A DNA stretch of 24,000 bases from Methylomagnum ishizawai. GTDB taxonomy: Bacteria > Pseudomonadota > Gammaproteobacteria > Methylococcales > Methylococcaceae. Where the stretch lies: NCBI RefSeq assembly GCF_019670005.1, contig NZ_AP019783.1:2172150-2196149 (forward strand), in the 5' to 3' direction. A model generated the notes under the pieces. The model ran no database searches. It saw only the letters and a program-made list of their open reading frames with translations, and was not told where the DNA came from. The stretch's first letter is position 1; the number at the start of each line of letters is the position of its first letter. This document shows positions 1-9,283 of this stretch, one piece after another. The translations under genes were made by a program, and so were the position numbers.

Positions 1-489
1 AAGGTCGCCATCGACGCCATCGGGGCCGCCATGCGCCCGCACCATTTCCTGTCGTTGACCAAGGCCGGGCATTCGGCGATTTTCTCCACCACCGGCAACG
101 AGGACAGCCATGTGATCCTGCGCGGCGGCAAGCAACCCAACTACGACGCCGCCAGCGTGCAGGCCACCGCCGAAGCCTTGCGGGCGGCGGGCTTGCCACC
201 CAATATCATGATCGATTTCAGCCACGCCAACAGCATGAAGGACTATCGGCGCCAGGTGCAGGTCGGGCGCGAGGTCGGGGCGCAGATCGCGGCGGGCGAC
301 CGGCGCATTTTCGGGGTGATGGTGGAAAGCCACCTCAATCCCGGCAACCAAAAGCTGGAACCGGGCACGGCCCCGGCCTACGGGGTCAGCATCACCGATG
401 CCTGCATCGGCTGGGAAGACACCGAACTGTTGCTGGGCATCCTGGCCGATGCGGCCGCCCGCCGCCGCGAAACCGCCCGCGCGGCCTGA
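1..489 (+). CDS. 3-deoxy-7-phosphoheptulonate (DAHP) synthase, class I (AroF/G/H family), C-terminal ~162 aa; 5' end lies outside the window
   Basis: Frame 1 is open from base 1 (KVAIDAIGAAMRPHHFLS...) to the TGA at 487-489. The translation shows class-I DAHP synthase C-terminal motifs (VILRGG..PNY, IMIDFSHANS, GVMVESHL.PGNQ, SITDACIGWEDT). The isozyme cannot be assigned. Confidence 0.9.
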   Translation, partial: KVAIDAIGAAMRPHHFLSLTKAGHSAIFSTTGNEDSHVILRGGKQPNYDAASVQATAEALRAAGLPPNIMIDFSHANSMKDYRRQVQVGREVGAQIAAGDRRIFGVMVESHLNPGNQKLEPGTAPAYGVSITDACIGWEDTELLLGILADAAARRRETARAA

Positions 490-756
490 GCGGATTTCCC
501 CGTCCTTATCCCCGCCCAGCGGCGGCCGGTCCGGCCCGGTTCCCGCTGGGATTCCCCCATCGATCCGTCCGGTTCCCGGCGGCATCGCCACCCGCGCTTC
601 ACCCGGAACCGCGATTTCCCCCGGCCAGTTCCGGTCCGCCTGCCGGACACGGACTACATTTCTTTGCGTAGACCCATATGCTTGGGCCGTCACCGGGCGT
701 CCCGGCAAGATCAAGACATCCCCGCGTGGGGAAGTCCCCACCTCAGGAGGTATCCG

Positions 757-1245
757 ATGTTCCCTAGAACCTCAGCCGCGAAAGTCCCGCAAGCTTCCCC
801 GGAGTCCCAGCACGCGGCCACGCTCGCCATCGTCCGGGACGGCGTCCCAGGAGCGCCCGGCCCGGCGGCGGCCACGCTGGATTTATCGCTGCCGGAATTT
901 TCCGAGCGCTTGGAGCGGCTGGCCCGCCAGGAAATAGTCTGTGTCGTCAGCATCTCCCACACGGCGTTCGAGCGCTGGCACCGGGGCACGGTCCAGCGCA
1001 TCAAGCAGGGGGAAGGCCGCTTCGAAATCCTCGGCGACAATTTCGCGCTCTACCTCAGGGAAGACAATATCGGGACCATCCGGCTGATCGACGACCGCGC
1101 CGACCCGGACGCCGGACCCGCCATCGAATTGCACAACCGGGCCGGGCACCTCCTGGCGCGTCTCCAAGGCGAACCGGAACCCGAGGCCAACGCCCGCTGG
1201 CGCGGGGCCATGGGCGGGCGTTGGCCTCGGGCCGCGGGTAGATAA
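757..1245 (+). CDS. hypothetical protein (162 aa)
   Basis: ATG at 757 lies 5 nt after AGGAGG (746-751). Third-position GC is high throughout. The track ORF starts earlier at a TTG (664) with no SD. I recognise no family. Confidence 0.55.
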   Translation: MFPRTSAAKVPQASPESQHAATLAIVRDGVPGAPGPAAATLDLSLPEFSERLERLARQEIVCVVSISHTAFERWHRGTVQRIKQGEGRFEILGDNFALYLREDNIGTIRLIDDRADPDAGPAIELHNRAGHLLARLQGEPEPEANARWRGAMGGRWPRAAGR

Positions 1246-1368
1246 TTTCTGAGTGTTTCCGTGTAGAATTCCGACGCGCAATGCATTCGACCCGGGGGCC
1301 GCCCGCCCGGAAATCCCGGCGGGGCCGTCCCCGAACCCCAATGACAAGACCGTTAAGGAGATTTTCAG

Positions 1369-1974
1369 ATGAGCGTACTCGTCGGTAAACCCGCCCCCGA
1401 TTTCACCGCCGCGGCCGTGCTGGGCGATGGCAGCATCAAGGACAGCTACACCTTCTCCGCCGAAACCCAGGGCAAGTATGTGGCCGTGGTGTTCTATCCC
1501 CTGGACTTCACCTTCGTCTGCCCGACCGAGCTGGTCGCCCTCGACCACCGCCTGGACGAGCTCACCAGCCGTGGCGTCGAAGTGCTGGCGGTCTCGGTGG
1601 ACTCCCAGTTCACCCACGCCGCGTGGCGCAACACCCCGGTGGACAAGGGCGGTATCGGCCCGGTCCGCTACACCATGATCGCCGACGTCAGCCACGCCAT
1701 CGCCAAGGCCTATGACGTGGAAGTCGAAGGCGCGGCGGTGGCCTACCGCGGCACCTTCCTGATCGACAAGACGGGCAAGGTCCGCCACCAGGTGGTGAAC
1801 GACCTGCCGCTGGGCCGCAACATGGACGAGCTGATCCGCATGGTGGACGCGCTCCAGTTCCACGAGGAACACGGCGAAGTCTGCCCGGCCGGCTGGAACA
1901 AGGGCAAGAAGGGCATGAACGCCAACGCCGAGGGCGTCGCCGCCTACCTGAGCGAGAACGCCGCCGCGCTGTAA
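1369..1974 (+). CDS. typical 2-Cys peroxiredoxin (AhpC/Prx1 family, thioredoxin-peroxidase type, 201 aa)
   Basis: An AAGGAG SD lies upstream of the ATG. The peroxidatic Cys motif is DFTFVCPTE and the resolving Cys motif is EVCPAGW. The protein is collinear with ~200-aa gammaproteobacterial Prx proteins. Confidence 0.93.
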   Translation: MSVLVGKPAPDFTAAAVLGDGSIKDSYTFSAETQGKYVAVVFYPLDFTFVCPTELVALDHRLDELTSRGVEVLAVSVDSQFTHAAWRNTPVDKGGIGPVRYTMIADVSHAIAKAYDVEVEGAAVAYRGTFLIDKTGKVRHQVVNDLPLGRNMDELIRMVDALQFHEEHGEVCPAGWNKGKKGMNANAEGVAAYLSENAAAL

Positions 1975-1995
1975 GGCGTCCCGGCTTCCCAGCCC

Positions 1996-2038
1996 AAAAA
2001 AACGGGCGGTGGGTTTCGCGACCCGCCGCCCGTTTTTC
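1996..2038. terminator. bidirectional rho-independent terminator between convergent genes
   Basis: A 13-bp stem pairs 2002-2014 (ACGGGCGGTGGGT) with 2021-2033 (ACCCGCCGCCCGT), with one G-U pair and a 6-nt loop. It is flanked by an A7 run on the 5' side and a T5 run on the 3' side. Confidence 0.75.
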
Positions 2039-2055
2039 TTTGGGACCGGTCCGGC

Positions 2056-2340
2056 CTATTGCGCCAAGGGCGTTTTCGGCAGCAAGAACTTATAGACCGC
2101 GAGCGCCACGGCCAGCCCGACGAAGACCGACGAGAGGTTGGCGATCCCGGCCATCCCGGCGTTGTTGGCCGCGTGCAGGGAATTGACCCAGGGCTTGGCC
2201 ACGGCCAGCGACCAGATGAAATTGGGCAGGTAATAGGCGAGGGTGCCGGCCACGGCCCATTGGAAGTTGGGGAGGCCGCGGGTTTCCGCGGCGCGGTAGA
2301 ACCCGTATGCGATGACTATCGCGACGATGCCGCCGATCAT
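2056..2340 (-). CDS. small integral membrane protein (94 aa), unknown function
   Basis: An AGAGGAG SD precedes the ATG (reverse complement of 2344-2356). The sequence has three hydrophobic segments (IGGIVAIVIAYGF, WAVAGTLAYYLPNFIWSLAV, GIANLSSVFVGLAVALAVY). Confidence 0.6.
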   Translation of the reverse strand: MIGGIVAIVIAYGFYRAAETRGLPNFQWAVAGTLAYYLPNFIWSLAVAKPWVNSLHAANNAGMAGIANLSSVFVGLAVALAVYKFLLPKTPLAQ

Positions 2341-2493
2341 GGATATCTCCTCTCTGTGGGTGGTGTAATGGATAGGGCGGAACTGGCGCGACCGGGGAAC
2401 CCGGTCCGATGCTGTGACCGGTGGGGGGGAGGGAAGTTCTGGGACGCGGGGCGGGGGACGTTCCTGTCTGTCCGTCCTGGGGGCGGGCCGCGC

Positions 2494-3111
2494 TCAGGAC
2501 GCCGTGGGCCTGCGCCGTCCGCCCGCCCGGTAGGCCAGCGCGGCGGCGAGCCCCAGGGCCAGCGGGCCGGGTTCGGATACGCTGCCGATGATCAGCGTGG
2601 CCGAATCGGCGTGGCTGCCGCTGCCCCAGGTCCAGGTGTAGGTGCCCGGATTGAGGTTCAGGGAGGCGAAGCTGGCGCCAAGCCAGGTCGAGGTGGCCGC
2701 GAGCGCGGCGCCGGAGACATAAGCCGACGGGAGGTGGAGGGCCGGCCCGAGGAATGTCAGCTCGTTGACGATGAGGCTGATTTTGTCGCCCGAACCGGTG
2801 CTGGCCGGTGTCCATAAGTTCGAACTGCCGAAATCGGGATCGCTGGAGACCAGGCCGCCATAGCTGTACACGGGTTCGGACGCGACGGGACCGATGGAGA
2901 GCGCGGAGCCCCAAGTGGCGTGGGTGCTTATGAAGGCGAGGCTGGAGGTGGAGCCGAGGAGGGTCAAGCCGGTGAGATCGACGCTGCCGCTGCCGGTGAC
3001 GACCACATCGGAGCCGCTTTCCTGCATGGTGAAGATCAAACCGGCTTGGGCGGCGGTGGGTAGGGCGGCCTGGAGCAGCGCCGCGCAGGCGAGTAGGGTA
3101 TGGGGTTTCAT
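2494..3111 (-). CDS. secreted protein with PEP-CTERM-like sorting tail (205 aa)
   Basis: Within track ORF 2494..3279, the Met at 3111 opens a signal peptide (MKPHTLLACAALLQAALPTAAQA). The C-terminus GSVSEPGPLALGLAAALAYRAGGRRR has the PEP-CTERM architecture: an SEP variant, a hydrophobic helix, then an Arg cluster. Confidence 0.7.
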   Translation of the reverse strand: MKPHTLLACAALLQAALPTAAQAGLIFTMQESGSDVVVTGSGSVDLTGLTLLGSTSSLAFISTHATWGSALSIGPVASEPVYSYGGLVSSDPDFGSSNLWTPASTGSGDKISLIVNELTFLGPALHLPSAYVSGAALAATSTWLGASFASLNLNPGTYTWTWGSGSHADSATLIIGSVSEPGPLALGLAAALAYRAGGRRRPTAS

Positions 3112-3250
3112 GATCCGGGTTTCAGGGGGTTGGGTTTCGGGGCGATGCGGCGGGATAACGGAACCGCGAGGCCGATAATAATGGGGTATAAGCGGCCGAA
3201 TCGTAAAATATCCAAGACAAGATAGGCCCGCGACATAATCCCCTATCCGG

Positions 3251-4642
3251 CTAGGCCGGGCGCTGCCGGCGATAGGCATAGAACGGCAATCCCAACGCCA
3301 GCAGCGCCAGCCCGATGCCCGTCTCCACCGGCCTCCTCAGCGCGATGCTGATGCAGAACAGCAGGGCGACCCCGGCGAACACCAGCGGAATCCAGGGATA
3401 GCCCAGGGTGAGATAAGGCCGGGGCAGGTCGGGATGACGTCGGCGCAGGGCGATCACCGCCAGCACCGTGATGCCGTAGAACCCCCAGGTGCCGAACAGC
3501 GCGTAATCCAGCATCCGTTCGAACGCCGCGTTATCCCCCCCCAGCAGCAAGACCAGCCCCGAGGACAACAGCCCCTGCGCGATGAGCGCCTTGGCCGGGG
3601 TATGCCGCGCCGGGTGCAACTCGGCCAGCGGGCGGAACAACAGCCCGTCCCCGGCCATGGCGTAGAAAATCCGCGCCCCCACCAAAATCGAGCCGTTCAA
3701 GGTGGCGAAGGTCGACACCAGCGCCGCCAGGCTCAGCGCCGTCCCGCCCCAATCCCCCAGCACCAGGCGGGCGGCGTCCTGCGCCACCCTGGGCGATTGC
3801 TGCACCGCCGCGAGCGGCAAGGCGTAGAAGCAGGCGAGGTTGGTCAGCATATAAAGCCCCGCCACGCCCAATATCCCCAGGATCAGCACCCGTGGAATGG
3901 TCCGGTGCGGGTCGCGGATCTCGGCCCCGACCAGGGTGAGGTTGTTCCAGCCATCGTAGGCCCACAGCGCCGCCGCCATGGCCGCCCCGAAATGGGCCAA
4001 AAAATCGCCTACACTTCGGACAGGCTCGGCGGCGGGGACGGATTGGAAATGGCTCCAAGCCCCCTGTCCACTGCCCAGGACCAAGGCGGCCAAGGCCAGG
4101 ATCGCCGCGACCTTGAGCAGGGTCAGGCAACTCTGCACCGCCCCGCCCAGCGCGACACCGGCGTAGTTCACGGCGGTCAGCAGGGCGATGGACCCGATGG
4201 CGACGGCTTGCAACCCGGTGAGCTTCCAGGCTTCCCATGCCAGCCAGGGCCGGTCCAACCCCGGCAGGAAATAGCCCAGGAAGATCGCCAAAGCGATGGC
4301 GATGGCTCCGATGGAGCCGGTCTTGCCGATCACCACTTGCTGCCAGCCGAACAAAAACCCCCAGACCGGCCCGTAGGCGCGGCTGAGGAACACGTATTCG
4401 CCGCCGGCCGCGGGCAGGGCCGCGCCGAGTTCGGCATAGGTCAGCGTCCCGGCCAGGGACAGCAAAGCGCCCAGGGTCCAGACCAGGAATACCAGCCCCA
4501 CGGAGTCGACTTCGCGGGCGATGGTGGAGGGAACCAGGAAAATACCGGTGCCGATGACGGTGCCGGTCAGCAAGGCGCTGGCGGCGAAGGGACCGAGCGC
4601 CCGGCGCAGGGCCGGGGCCTTCGAGGATGTGGGTTCGAGCAT
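3251..4642 (-). CDS. APC-superfamily amino acid/polyamine permease (463 aa)
   Basis: The protein is hydrophobic throughout with about 12 TM segments. It has the typical APC N-terminal region ([24 protein letters not shown]) and a GGEYVFL motif. Confidence 0.85.
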   Translation of the reverse strand: MLEPTSSKAPALRRALGPFAASALLTGTVIGTGIFLVPSTIAREVDSVGLVFLVWTLGALLSLAGTLTYAELGAALPAAGGEYVFLSRAYGPVWGFLFGWQQVVIGKTGSIGAIAIALAIFLGYFLPGLDRPWLAWEAWKLTGLQAVAIGSIALLTAVNYAGVALGGAVQSCLTLLKVAAILALAALVLGSGQGAWSHFQSVPAAEPVRSVGDFLAHFGAAMAAALWAYDGWNNLTLVGAEIRDPHRTIPRVLILGILGVAGLYMLTNLACFYALPLAAVQQSPRVAQDAARLVLGDWGGTALSLAALVSTFATLNGSILVGARIFYAMAGDGLLFRPLAELHPARHTPAKALIAQGLLSSGLVLLLGGDNAAFERMLDYALFGTWGFYGITVLAVIALRRRHPDLPRPYLTLGYPWIPLVFAGVALLFCISIALRRPVETGIGLALLALGLPFYAYRRQRPA

Positions 4643-4823
4643 GTGCCTCCGCGAGGTCGGGCTAGACTTCCGGGTACTGTGTACCGGCCCCGCCGCGAAT
4701 GCAAGGGCGGACCCGCAACGATGTCCGTGTTCCGATAAAGCGCCGGGTATCGTCTACACTGTAAAAAAAATCGCCGGTATAACGTTGAATTCATTAGGCG
4801 ATCTTGCTTTTCAAGGTGGTGGC

Positions 4824-6086
4824 ATGTTTTTAGAAAATCCAGGAAAACCCGGATATGGTGGGACCGTCGGACACGCTTCGGACGACGGGGAGCGGGCTGC
4901 CATGGAGCGGGAATTGCCGGCGGTGGAGGGGTTGGGACGCGGCCCGCTATACGTAGCAGCGCTGGGCGCGGCGGGCCTGCTATGGGTGGCATCCAGTCCG
5001 TGGTTGGGTATCGGGCTGGGATTGGCTTTGTTGCTGGTGGGCTGGGGGATCGGCCAATGGCAGGTCCAGCGGGCGCGGCGCGAATTCCAGGCCGGGTTGG
5101 ACCGGGCCGCTTCCCGCGTCAAGTCCGACCTGCGCTCCAAGGACGAGCATCTGCGCCATCGGCTCCAACAACTCGGCGACCGCGCGGCGGCGGTATGGAT
5201 CCAGCAGATCGAAATCGCCCGCGCCCAGATGGAAGCCGCCGTGGTGTCCTTGAGCCGCCAGTTCTCCACCATCGTCAAGCGCCTCGACAGCACGGTGCTG
5301 GCCCAGGGCGGCCACGGCCATAGGCAGGAGGATCAGGGCAGCCATACCCTGGCCGTCCTCGCCCATAGCGAAAAAAAGCTGATGGGCATGATCCGCGAGT
5401 TGAACAGCACCCTGAGCGACAAGAGCGGCCTCCTGGAGGAATCGCGCTCCCTGGTGCGGCTCAACGAGGAACTCAAGCACATGGCGGCGGATGTCGCCAG
5501 CATCGCCGACCAGACCAACCTCTTGGCCCTGAACGCGGCCATCGAGGCGGCGCGGGCGGGCGAGGCGGGCCGGGGGTTCGCGGTGGTGGCGGGCGAGGTC
5601 CGCACCCTGTCCAACCGCTCCGGCGAGACCGGCAAGCGTATCAGCGAGAAGGTCGAGATCATCAGCCGGGCCATCGAATCCTCCTGCCATAGCGTGGAGC
5701 AATCGGCCCGCCGCGACGCCGAATCCATCGCCCTGTCCGAATCCAGCATCGAGGCGGTGCTGGTCGAGTTCCGCACGCTGGCCGAGAACCTCGCCCATTC
5801 CACCCAGGAATTGCGCCAGGAGAGCGAAGCCATCCGCGGCAACATCTCCCACGCCCTGGTGGAATTGCAATTCCAGGACCGGGTGGGGCAAATCCTGGGC
5901 CATGTCGAGAGCAACGTCCGCGTATTGCACGACCAATTGGCCCGGATGGATGCCGATTTCGAGACCCTGGATGTCGATCATTTGCTGGCGTCCTTGGAAA
6001 CCTCCTATACCACCGTCGAGGAGCGGCGCACCCATGGCGCCGAACCCTCGGCGGACCACGACAATTCTGAAATCACGTTCTTCTGA
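4824..6086 (+). CDS. methyl-accepting chemotaxis protein, membrane hairpin plus signalling domain, no periplasmic sensor (420 aa)
   Basis: ATG at 4824 follows AAGGTGGTGG; ATG at 4902 is an alternative start. The 5' part of track ORF 4521.. overlaps the permease start and is rejected. A hydrophobic hairpin ([38 protein letters not shown]) is followed by the conserved MCP tip [37 protein letters not shown]. Confidence 0.85.
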   Translation: MFLENPGKPGYGGTVGHASDDGERAAMERELPAVEGLGRGPLYVAALGAAGLLWVASSPWLGIGLGLALLLVGWGIGQWQVQRARREFQAGLDRAASRVKSDLRSKDEHLRHRLQQLGDRAAAVWIQQIEIARAQMEAAVVSLSRQFSTIVKRLDSTVLAQGGHGHRQEDQGSHTLAVLAHSEKKLMGMIRELNSTLSDKSGLLEESRSLVRLNEELKHMAADVASIADQTNLLALNAAIEAARAGEAGRGFAVVAGEVRTLSNRSGETGKRISEKVEIISRAIESSCHSVEQSARRDAESIALSESSIEAVLVEFRTLAENLAHSTQELRQESEAIRGNISHALVELQFQDRVGQILGHVESNVRVLHDQLARMDADFETLDVDHLLASLETSYTTVEERRTHGAEPSADHDNSEITFF

Positions 6087-6095
6087 GGAAAAACC

Positions 6096-6464
6096 ATGGC
6101 CAAGACCATACTCATCGTCGATGACTCGGCTTCCCTGCGGCAAGTGGTCAACATCGCCCTGAGCGGCGCGGGCTACGACGTCATCGAGGCGGGTGACGGC
6201 AAGGATGCCCTGACCAAGCTGGATGGCCGCAAAATCCATCTCATCATCAGCGATGTGCATATGCCGGTGATGGACGGCATCGCCTTCGTGAAAGAAGTGA
6301 AGAAGCATCCGTCCTACAAATTCACCCCCATCATCATGCTGACCACCGAATCCCAGGAATCGAAGAAGCTGGAAGGGCAGATGGCCGGGGCCAAGGCCTG
6401 GGTGGTGAAGCCGTTCAAACCGGAACAAATGCTGTCCGCGGTCAGCAAGCTGATCCTGCCATGA
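6096..6464 (+). CDS. cheY: CheY-like single-domain response regulator (122 aa)
   Basis: An AGGAAA SD lies upstream. The receiver signature is present: LIVDDS, the phospho-acceptor in LIISDVHMP, MLTT, and VVKPF. Confidence 0.9.
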   Translation: MAKTILIVDDSASLRQVVNIALSGAGYDVIEAGDGKDALTKLDGRKIHLIISDVHMPVMDGIAFVKEVKKHPSYKFTPIIMLTTESQESKKLEGQMAGAKAWVVKPFKPEQMLSAVSKLILP

Positions 6465-6508
6465 ACGCGGCGGGATCGATCCCAACCCCATCAGCAGGAG
6501 TACCCCTT

Positions 6509-6829
6509 ATGCCTATCGTTGTGGAGACCTTGGACAACGGCACCGCCCGGCTCGGCATCGGCAGCGGAATGACCATCTACGAAGCGGCGGGGCTCAAGGC
6601 CGATTTGCTGCGGGCCGTGGCCGAACATCCCGAATTGGACATCGATCTTTCGGAAGTCGCCGAACTCGATACCGCCGGCCTGCAATTGCTGGTGCTGGCC
6701 AAGCGCGAAGCGGTCAAGGCCGGGCACGTCCTGCGCCTGTCCGGGCATAGCGGGCCGGTGCGGGAGGTCTTGGGGCTCTACCGCATGGAGTCCTATTTCG
6801 GCGATCCCGTGGTGTTGCCCGCCGATTGA
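6509..6829 (+). CDS. STAS-domain protein (anti-sigma-factor-antagonist fold, 106 aa)
   Basis: ATG at 6509 follows CAGGAG (6495-6500). The sequence contains DLSEVAELDTAGLQLLVLAKRE, which is SpoIIAA/RsbV-like with Thr at the usual phospho-Ser position. The longer track start at 6461 overlaps the cheY stop. Confidence 0.75.
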   Translation: MPIVVETLDNGTARLGIGSGMTIYEAAGLKADLLRAVAEHPELDIDLSEVAELDTAGLQLLVLAKREAVKAGHVLRLSGHSGPVREVLGLYRMESYFGDPVVLPAD

Positions 6830-6978
6830 CGCCGATGGCGGCCGCCGCCGCCATCAAGAATAAAGAAGCGCGGACGCGATCCGGCGGGTGGGCCGAAGCC
6901 CGCGCCCCAGGCCCGGCCGGGTCGGGCATATTCCCAGGCCTCCCCCGCGACGGGCAGGTTTCAAGCAGAGGTATCACG

Positions 6979-9207
6979 ATGAATTTCGACGCAGCCATAC
7001 AAAGCTATATCGCCGAGAGCCGCGAATTGCTCGACACCATGGAGCAATCGCTGATGGCCCTGGAAAACGGCGAGGGCGACGACGACCTGATCCACGCCAT
7101 TTTCCGCGCCGCCCATACCATCAAGGGCACCGGGGGCATTTTCGGGTTCGATCCCATCGTCCATTTCACCCACGACGTGGAAAGCCTGCTGGACCGCCTG
7201 CGCGGCGGACTGCTGGCCCTGGACGACAATATCGTGGCCTTGCTCCTGCGCAGTTGCGACCACATCCGTTCCTTGCTGGAACCCGTCACCGCCGGGGAGG
7301 CCCTGGACGCGGAGTTGGTGGAACAGGGCCGGGCGTTGTTGGGCGGGTTGGCCCGTTATCTCGGCGATGGCGGTGGCCCGGAGCGGGCGGCTCCCGCCGA
7401 CGTGCCGGTGCCGGTGGAGGAACCCACCGCCGAACCGGTCGGCGGCGGCACGGCCAGCGCCGACCATTGGCATATCTCCCTGCGCTTCGGGCGCGACGTC
7501 CTGCGCAACGGCATGGACCCTTTGTCGTTCCTGCGCTATCTGGCGCAACTGGGTGAATTGGTCGATGTGGCCACCCTCACCGACGCCCTGCCCGAACCCC
7601 CGGAAATGGACCCCGAATCCTGCTACCTGGGTTTCGAGATCGGACTTAGGAGCGGGGCCGAACGCGAGCAGATCGAGGGCGCGTTCGAGTTCGTGCGCGA
7701 CGATTGCGCGATCCGCATCCTGCCGCCGCATAGCAAGGTCAGCGAATATATCCAGCTCATCCAGGAACTGCCGGAAGACACCGTGCGGCTGGGCGAAATC
7801 CTGGTCGGTTCCAAGGCGCTGACCCAGGTCGAACTGGACTGGGGCTTGAAGCTCCAAGTCGACGAGGAGCGGGTCGCGGCGGCGGGAGGCGCGGAACACC
7901 ACCGGCTCCTGGGCGAAATCCTGGTCGAGGAGGCCGTGGTGCCGGCCAAGGTGGTGTCCGCCGCCCTCGACAAGCAGCAGCAGATCAAGGAGCGCAAGGC
8001 CAGCGAGAACCGTTTCATCCGGGTCGAGGCCGAGAAACTGGACCAACTGGTCGATCTGGTCGGCGAATTGGTCATCGCCGGGGCCAACACCCAATTGCTG
8101 GCCCATCAGGCCGGGGCGGTCGAGGTGATCGAATCGGCGGCCAACCTGTTCCGGCTGGTCGAGGAACTGCGCAACCGCGCCCTGGGCCTGCAAATGGTGC
8201 AGATCGGCAGCACCTTGCAGCGCTTCCAGCGGGTGGTGCGCGACGTGGGCAAGGAACTCGGCAAGCAGGTCGAGCTGTTCATCAGCGGTGGCGAGACCGA
8301 ACTCGACAAATCGGTGATCGAGCAGATCGGCGATCCTTTGATGCACTTGGTCCGCAATGCCCTCGACCACGGCATCGAACCCGCCGCCGAGCGCCTCGCC
8401 AAGGGCAAGCCGGAAAAGGCGCGGGTGGAACTCAACGCCTACCACGAGTCGGGCAGCATCGTCATCGAAGTGGCCGACGATGGCCGTGGCCTGGACCGCG
8501 ACAAGATCCTCGCCAAGGCGGTCTCGCGTGGCCTGGTCGGGCCGGGCCAGAACCTACCGGACGGCGAGGTCTACAACCTGATCTTCGAGCCGGGGTTTTC
8601 CACCGCCGACAGTATTTCCAACCTGTCCGGGCGCGGCGTCGGCATGGATGTGGTCAGGCGCAATGTAGAAGCCTTGCGCGGCCATGTGCAATTGCACAGC
8701 CAGCTCGGCAGCGGCACCAAGGTCCGCATCCGCCTCCCGCTGACCCTCGCCATCATCGACGGCTTCCTGGTGGGCCTGGGACCGGCCCGCTACGTCATCC
8801 CCATGGACATGCTGGTGGAATGCCTGGAACACAGCGGGGAAGACCGGGCCAAGGCCATCCGCGAGGGCTATCTGAACGTGCGTGGCAAGGTGCTGCCCAT
8901 CCTGCGGCTGTCCGAGGTGCTGGGCGTGGAGACCCCCAAGGTCCGGCGCGAGAGCGTGGTGGTGGTCCGCTTCGGCGAGTTGACGGCGGGCTTGGTGGTC
9001 GACGAGTTGCTGGGCGAGTTCCAGACCGTCATCAAGCCCCTGGGTGCCTTGTTCGGCCATCTGGCCCCCATCGGCGGCTCCACCATCCTGGGCAGTGGCG
9101 AGGTGGCTTTGATTATCGATGTGCCGGGCCTGCTGCGGCGGGTCCAGCAACACCAGCATAGCCAGCATGGCCAGACGGTTTCCCGCGCCCTGGCCGCCAC
9201 GGCGTGA
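6979..9207 (+). CDS. cheA: chemotaxis histidine kinase CheA (742 aa) with Hpt, dimerisation, HATPase and C-terminal CheW-like domains
   Basis: ATG at 6979 opens MNFDAAIQSYIAESRELLD. The Hpt motif is AAHTIKGTGGIFGF and the dimerisation region is FIRVEAEKLDQLVDLVGELVI. ATPase boxes are HLVRNALDHGIE, DDGRGLD and GRGVGMDVV. The P5/CheW-like end reads VLPILRLSEVLG...GEVALIIDV. The track extension from 6826 is Ala/Arg-rich with no SD. Confidence 0.92.
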   Translation: MNFDAAIQSYIAESRELLDTMEQSLMALENGEGDDDLIHAIFRAAHTIKGTGGIFGFDPIVHFTHDVESLLDRLRGGLLALDDNIVALLLRSCDHIRSLLEPVTAGEALDAELVEQGRALLGGLARYLGDGGGPERAAPADVPVPVEEPTAEPVGGGTASADHWHISLRFGRDVLRNGMDPLSFLRYLAQLGELVDVATLTDALPEPPEMDPESCYLGFEIGLRSGAEREQIEGAFEFVRDDCAIRILPPHSKVSEYIQLIQELPEDTVRLGEILVGSKALTQVELDWGLKLQVDEERVAAAGGAEHHRLLGEILVEEAVVPAKVVSAALDKQQQIKERKASENRFIRVEAEKLDQLVDLVGELVIAGANTQLLAHQAGAVEVIESAANLFRLVEELRNRALGLQMVQIGSTLQRFQRVVRDVGKELGKQVELFISGGETELDKSVIEQIGDPLMHLVRNALDHGIEPAAERLAKGKPEKARVELNAYHESGSIVIEVADDGRGLDRDKILAKAVSRGLVGPGQNLPDGEVYNLIFEPGFSTADSISNLSGRGVGMDVVRRNVEALRGHVQLHSQLGSGTKVRIRLPLTLAIIDGFLVGLGPARYVIPMDMLVECLEHSGEDRAKAIREGYLNVRGKVLPILRLSEVLGVETPKVRRESVVVVRFGELTAGLVVDELLGEFQTVIKPLGALFGHLAPIGGSTILGSGEVALIIDVPGLLRRVQQHQHSQHGQTVSRALAATA

Positions 9208-9283
9208 TGAGCGGGAACAATAATTCCCGGCGCTCTCGCTCCGCTATCCGGCGCCGGTCACCATTCTTAATGGGGTAACCCAA

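Noticed and set aside
883-1872. 329-aa minus-strand ORF
   Set aside because: It is antisense to the well-supported peroxiredoxin gene and to the 757-1245 gene. The protein is Gly/Arg/His/Asp-rich and low-complexity, typical of shadow ORFs in GC-rich DNA.
3434-4738. 434-aa plus-strand ORF, and the 235-aa minus ORF at 3531-4238
   Set aside because: Both overlap the APC permease gene out of frame or antisense. Their Arg/Gly/Pro/Gln-rich composition has no domain signature, whereas the permease frame gives a coherent 12-TM protein.
4732-4738. CCGATAA resembling the -10 box of sigma28 (FliA) promoters upstream of the chemosensory operon
   Set aside because: There is no TAAA/TCAAG -35 element at the required ~15-nt spacing.
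4521-4823. N-terminal extension of the first MCP ORF
   Set aside because: It would overlap the divergent permease start (4642) by more than 100 nt and lacks an SD. ATG 4824 has AAGGTGGTGG upstream.
6069-6083. C-terminal EITFF of the first MCP as a CheR-tethering pentapeptide
   Set aside because: Position 2 is Ile rather than aromatic and there is no obvious flexible linker, so it does not fit the xZxxZ rule. GFLRF of the second MCP does fit.
6826-6978. N-terminal extension of the CheA ORF (MTPMAAAAAIKNKEARTRSGG...)
   Set aside because: It is low-complexity and unlike any Hpt N-terminus. The canonical CheA start MNFDAAIQSYI at 6979 has its own purine-rich SD.
4980-8445. Long minus-strand ORFs 4980-6491 (503 aa) and 6961-8445 (494 aa)
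   Set aside because: They are antisense to the MCP, cheY and cheA genes, whose plus-strand translations carry unmistakable family motifs.
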